Source: Pseudomonadota bacterium
Lineage (GTDB): Bacteria; Bdellovibrionota_B; Oligoflexia; Oligoflexales; CAIYRB01
Reading direction: 5' to 3'
Length of the DNA: 64,000 nucleotides
Assembly (NCBI GenBank): GCA_031416315.1
Contig: JANOTL010000109.1
Coordinates: forward strand, 1 to 64,000
In this document: positions 61,750 through 64,000 of the stretch, in pieces
How the letters are laid out: every line of letters begins with the position of its first letter
Position numbering within the stretch: the stretch's first letter is position 1
The notes under the pieces: model-generated
Database searches by the model: none
What the model saw: only the letters and a program-made list of their open reading frames with translations
Told to the model about the DNA's origin: nothing
Program-made: the position numbers and the translations under genes

Positions 61750-63735
61750 CTAGTTTATGGAGACGCCGGTGAAAGCGCTGACGGTACGTTTGACGTTTTC
61801 CGCGGTTTTGATGGCGAAGACGAAGCCGCACATGCCAAGCGAGATGAGGCCCACGACCATCACTTGAAAGACCCAGTAACGCTCAGGGTCGATGGCCTCG
61901 GGACCGGCGCCGACGATCATCGCGGCGCCGGCGAGCGGGATGATGCCGGCTAAGATCTGGAACACGGTGAGGCGAGCGGTGACATGCGCCAGCTCGGTGC
62001 GCGCCGAGCCGCGGATGTCGCAGGTGCCGGTCCAGAACTGCGGGTACACGACTTGTAAGATCACCGCCTCGAGCAAGAGAAAGGAGTACGTGAGGGCGAT
62101 GAGCCACGAGCTGACGAACGAGATGGCGAAGTGCATGTAGACGGAAGCCGCGATCGGGCCGGCGACCCAGTCGATCACGGCCGGAAAGATGATCGCGCCG
62201 GGAAGCCAGCCGACGGTGGCGGCGGCGAAGAGCGCATAGGGCGTGCGCAGAACGCGACGGCGCAAAGCCGACATGCTCGCCGGATCCGGCATGTAGCGGT
62301 CGCGACGCCGCTGCAGGCTCCGGATCAGGAACGCGAGCTGGCGCCAAACGAGCCAGAGCCCGAGCGGATAGAAGAGGACATTGTAAGGAAGGATCGTGCT
62401 CTCGAAGACGTCCTTCTGCTCCGGCGTGAGGCCGTCGACGACGCGCACCGCGTTGTAGGTAATGTTGACGACGCTGCCCATAACCTGCGGCAAAGCGGCG
62501 AGGATGACGAGGCCCAGGACCGGGCGACGACGGGCGAACTCCGGCCAACGGCCGGCGACCGGGAGATTGCGGCGCACCTCGGCCATCCGGAGGCAGTTGC
62601 GGAGCGCGTCGGCGAAGCGCGCGGCGCTGTCGAAGCGGTCCTTCGCTTGGGCTCTGGTGGCGACGTGCAGGACTGCCGAGACCTCGTCCGGTAGCACCTC
62701 GGTCCCCCGCAGGACGTGCGGCGCCCCGTCTTTCTCGGCCTTCGGGCTGGGCCAGACCTTGGCGCAGGTGAGGAGCTCAGTGAGGACGACGCCCAGGGCG
62801 TAGACGTCGGCGCGGTGGTCGATCGCCTGCATCGCGCGGGTGTCTCGGGTGCGGAAGAGCTCGCTTTGCTCCGGGGGCATGTAGGAAATGGTGCCGCCGA
62901 GGCCCGCCATGTTGCCTTCGGCGATGTCCTCGGGGGTGAGAGAGACGTTGAAGTCGGTGAGCATCGGCCGGCCGTAGCGGTTCAGCATGATGTTCGCGGG
63001 CTTCACATCCAGGTGCAGGATGCCGCGCTCGTGCGCGAATGCCAGGGCCTCGGCCAGGGCGCAGCCGATCCAAAGGCCGGCGCCCAGGAGGCCCAGGGCG
63101 CCGAGGCGCTCGCGGTCTCTCAGGGCGGCCGGGTTGAAGAGCGCGCCCGAGACCTCGTCCGCCCGGTCGACGATGTCCAGAATCGCTTGCCCCGAGCGGC
63201 TTTCCGGCGGCAGTTCCGCGAGGCGGTCGATGACCTTCTGCAGCGTCGCGCCGTGGACGAACTGCATGCAGACGAGCTTCAGGCCCTTGTCCGGGAGGAT
63301 CGTCTCCGAGAAGACCGGGACGATGTGGTCGTGCTCGAGGCCCGCCATGACGCGCGCCTCCTTGCCGACGTCGGCGGAGACCTTGAGGGCGACCTGGCGG
63401 GAGAGCGAGATCTGCCGGGAAAGGTAGACTTTGGCGAAGGCGCCCTCGCCGACCAGGCGCAGGATCTCGAAATCCTCCACCGTCTCACCGGCGGCAAAGG
63501 CGCGCGGTGCCTCGAAAAGCCGGGAAACGCGGCTCGCCAGGCCGCGAGTGCCGAGCTTGACCACCGGCTCGGCCAAAAAGGAGCCCGAGCGGGCGTGCGC
63601 GTCGAGAAGCGCCGAAAGCTCGGCCGAGACCTCCGGGTCTTCGGCGTCCGCGACGAGCTTCGCCCAGGTGTCCGCAGGCGCCTCGAGCGCGAGGTCGAAC
63701 AGCTCGTTCACCTTTTGCCACTGCGCCGGCGTCAC
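61750..63735 (-). CDS. Hanks-type Ser/Thr protein kinase with C-terminal multi-TM domain
   Basis: [42 protein letters not shown]-terminal [13 protein letters not shown]. Confidence 0.9.
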   Translation of the reverse strand: MTPAQWQKVNELFDLALEAPADTWAKLVADAEDPEVSAELSALLDAHARSGSFLAEPVVKLGTRGLASRVSRLFEAPRAFAAGETVEDFEILRLVGEGAFAKVYLSRQISLSRQVALKVSADVGKEARVMAGLEHDHIVPVFSETILPDKGLKLVCMQFVHGATLQKVIDRLAELPPESRSGQAILDIVDRADEVSGALFNPAALRDRERLGALGLLGAGLWIGCALAEALAFAHERGILHLDVKPANIMLNRYGRPMLTDFNVSLTPEDIAEGNMAGLGGTISYMPPEQSELFRTRDTRAMQAIDHRADVYALGVVLTELLTCAKVWPSPKAEKDGAPHVLRGTEVLPDEVSAVLHVATRAQAKDRFDSAARFADALRNCLRMAEVRRNLPVAGRWPEFARRRPVLGLVILAALPQVMGSVVNITYNAVRVVDGLTPEQKDVFESTILPYNVLFYPLGLWLVWRQLAFLIRSLQRRRDRYMPDPASMSALRRRVLRTPYALFAAATVGWLPGAIIFPAVIDWVAGPIAASVYMHFAISFVSSWLIALTYSFLLLEAVILQVVYPQFWTGTCDIRGSARTELAHVTARLTVFQILAGIIPLAGAAMIVGAGPEAIDPERYWVFQVMVVGLISLGMCGFVFAIKTAENVKRTVSAFTGVSIN

Positions 63736-64000
63736 GGCGCCGTGCCCGTCAGCTCCTTCAAGAGGTAGGCACGGGCGAAGTTCCAGTCGCGCTTCACGGT
63801 CGCGGGCGAGGTTTTCAAGGCCTCCGCCGTCTCCTCGACGGAAAGACCGCCGAAAAAGCGCATCTCGACGACCTGCGCTTGACGGGCGTTGATCTTCGCC
63901 AGCTCGTTCAAAGCGTCGTCCAGGAGCACCAGATCCGGGCCGCCTTGGCCGTCCCAGAGGCCTTGGCCCTCGGCCATGCCGAAGCCTTTTTCGATCGCGT
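63732..64000 (-). CDS. ECF sigma factor (TIGR02999-like, kinase-associated), 5' end outside the window
   Basis: [41 protein letters not shown] overlap with the kinase. Confidence 0.85.
   Translation of the reverse strand, partial: AIEKGFGMAEGQGLWDGQGGPDLVLLDDALNELAKINARQAQVVEMRFFGGLSVEETAEALKTSPATVKRDWNFARAYLLKELTGTAP

Overview
This is a GC-rich bacterial chromosome segment, probably from a deltaproteobacterium-like lineage. Bdellovibrionota/Oligoflexia is inferred from a TIGR02147-type regulator, a GNGG-motif secreted protein and many lipoproteins; this is not proven. Layout: (1) 1-12 kb holds a putative metal/thiol-redox envelope operon (two YtkA/FixH-like proteins, a beta-barrel and a thioredoxin-like protein), tadA, an XerD-like protein lacking most catalytic residues, an NtrY/NtrX-like two-component pair, a DUF4388-like protein and rlmB. 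(2) 12-29.5 kb is the core cluster tRNA(Thr,Tyr,Gly,Thr)-tuf-tRNA(Trp)-secE-nusG-rplKAJL-rpoBC-rpsL-rpsG-fusA-tRNA(Val); the EF-G is divergent and is separated from rpsG by a terminator. (3) 29.5-53.5 kb is an accessory region with an alginate-type synthase pair (alg8-alg44), an alginate lyase, a beta-helix protein, a Wza-like exporter, galE, secreted proteases/lipoproteins, a xanthine-dehydrogenase-family Mo-enzyme operon, a PQQ dehydrogenase-cytochrome c fusion and a palindrome-flanked GIY-YIG remnant. (4) 53.5-64 kb holds mtnC, ftsY, a TrpF-outer-membrane-protein fusion, a papain-like lipoprotein, a small-ORF/attenuator-like unit and an ECF sigma/Ser-Thr kinase pair. The best candidates for novelty are the non-Pseudomonas alginate-like system with Wza-type export, the catalytically dead Xer protein, the TrpF-OMP fusion and the inverted-repeat GIY-YIG element. 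No CRISPR array or rRNA was seen. All calls come from visual motif recognition; no database searches were run.
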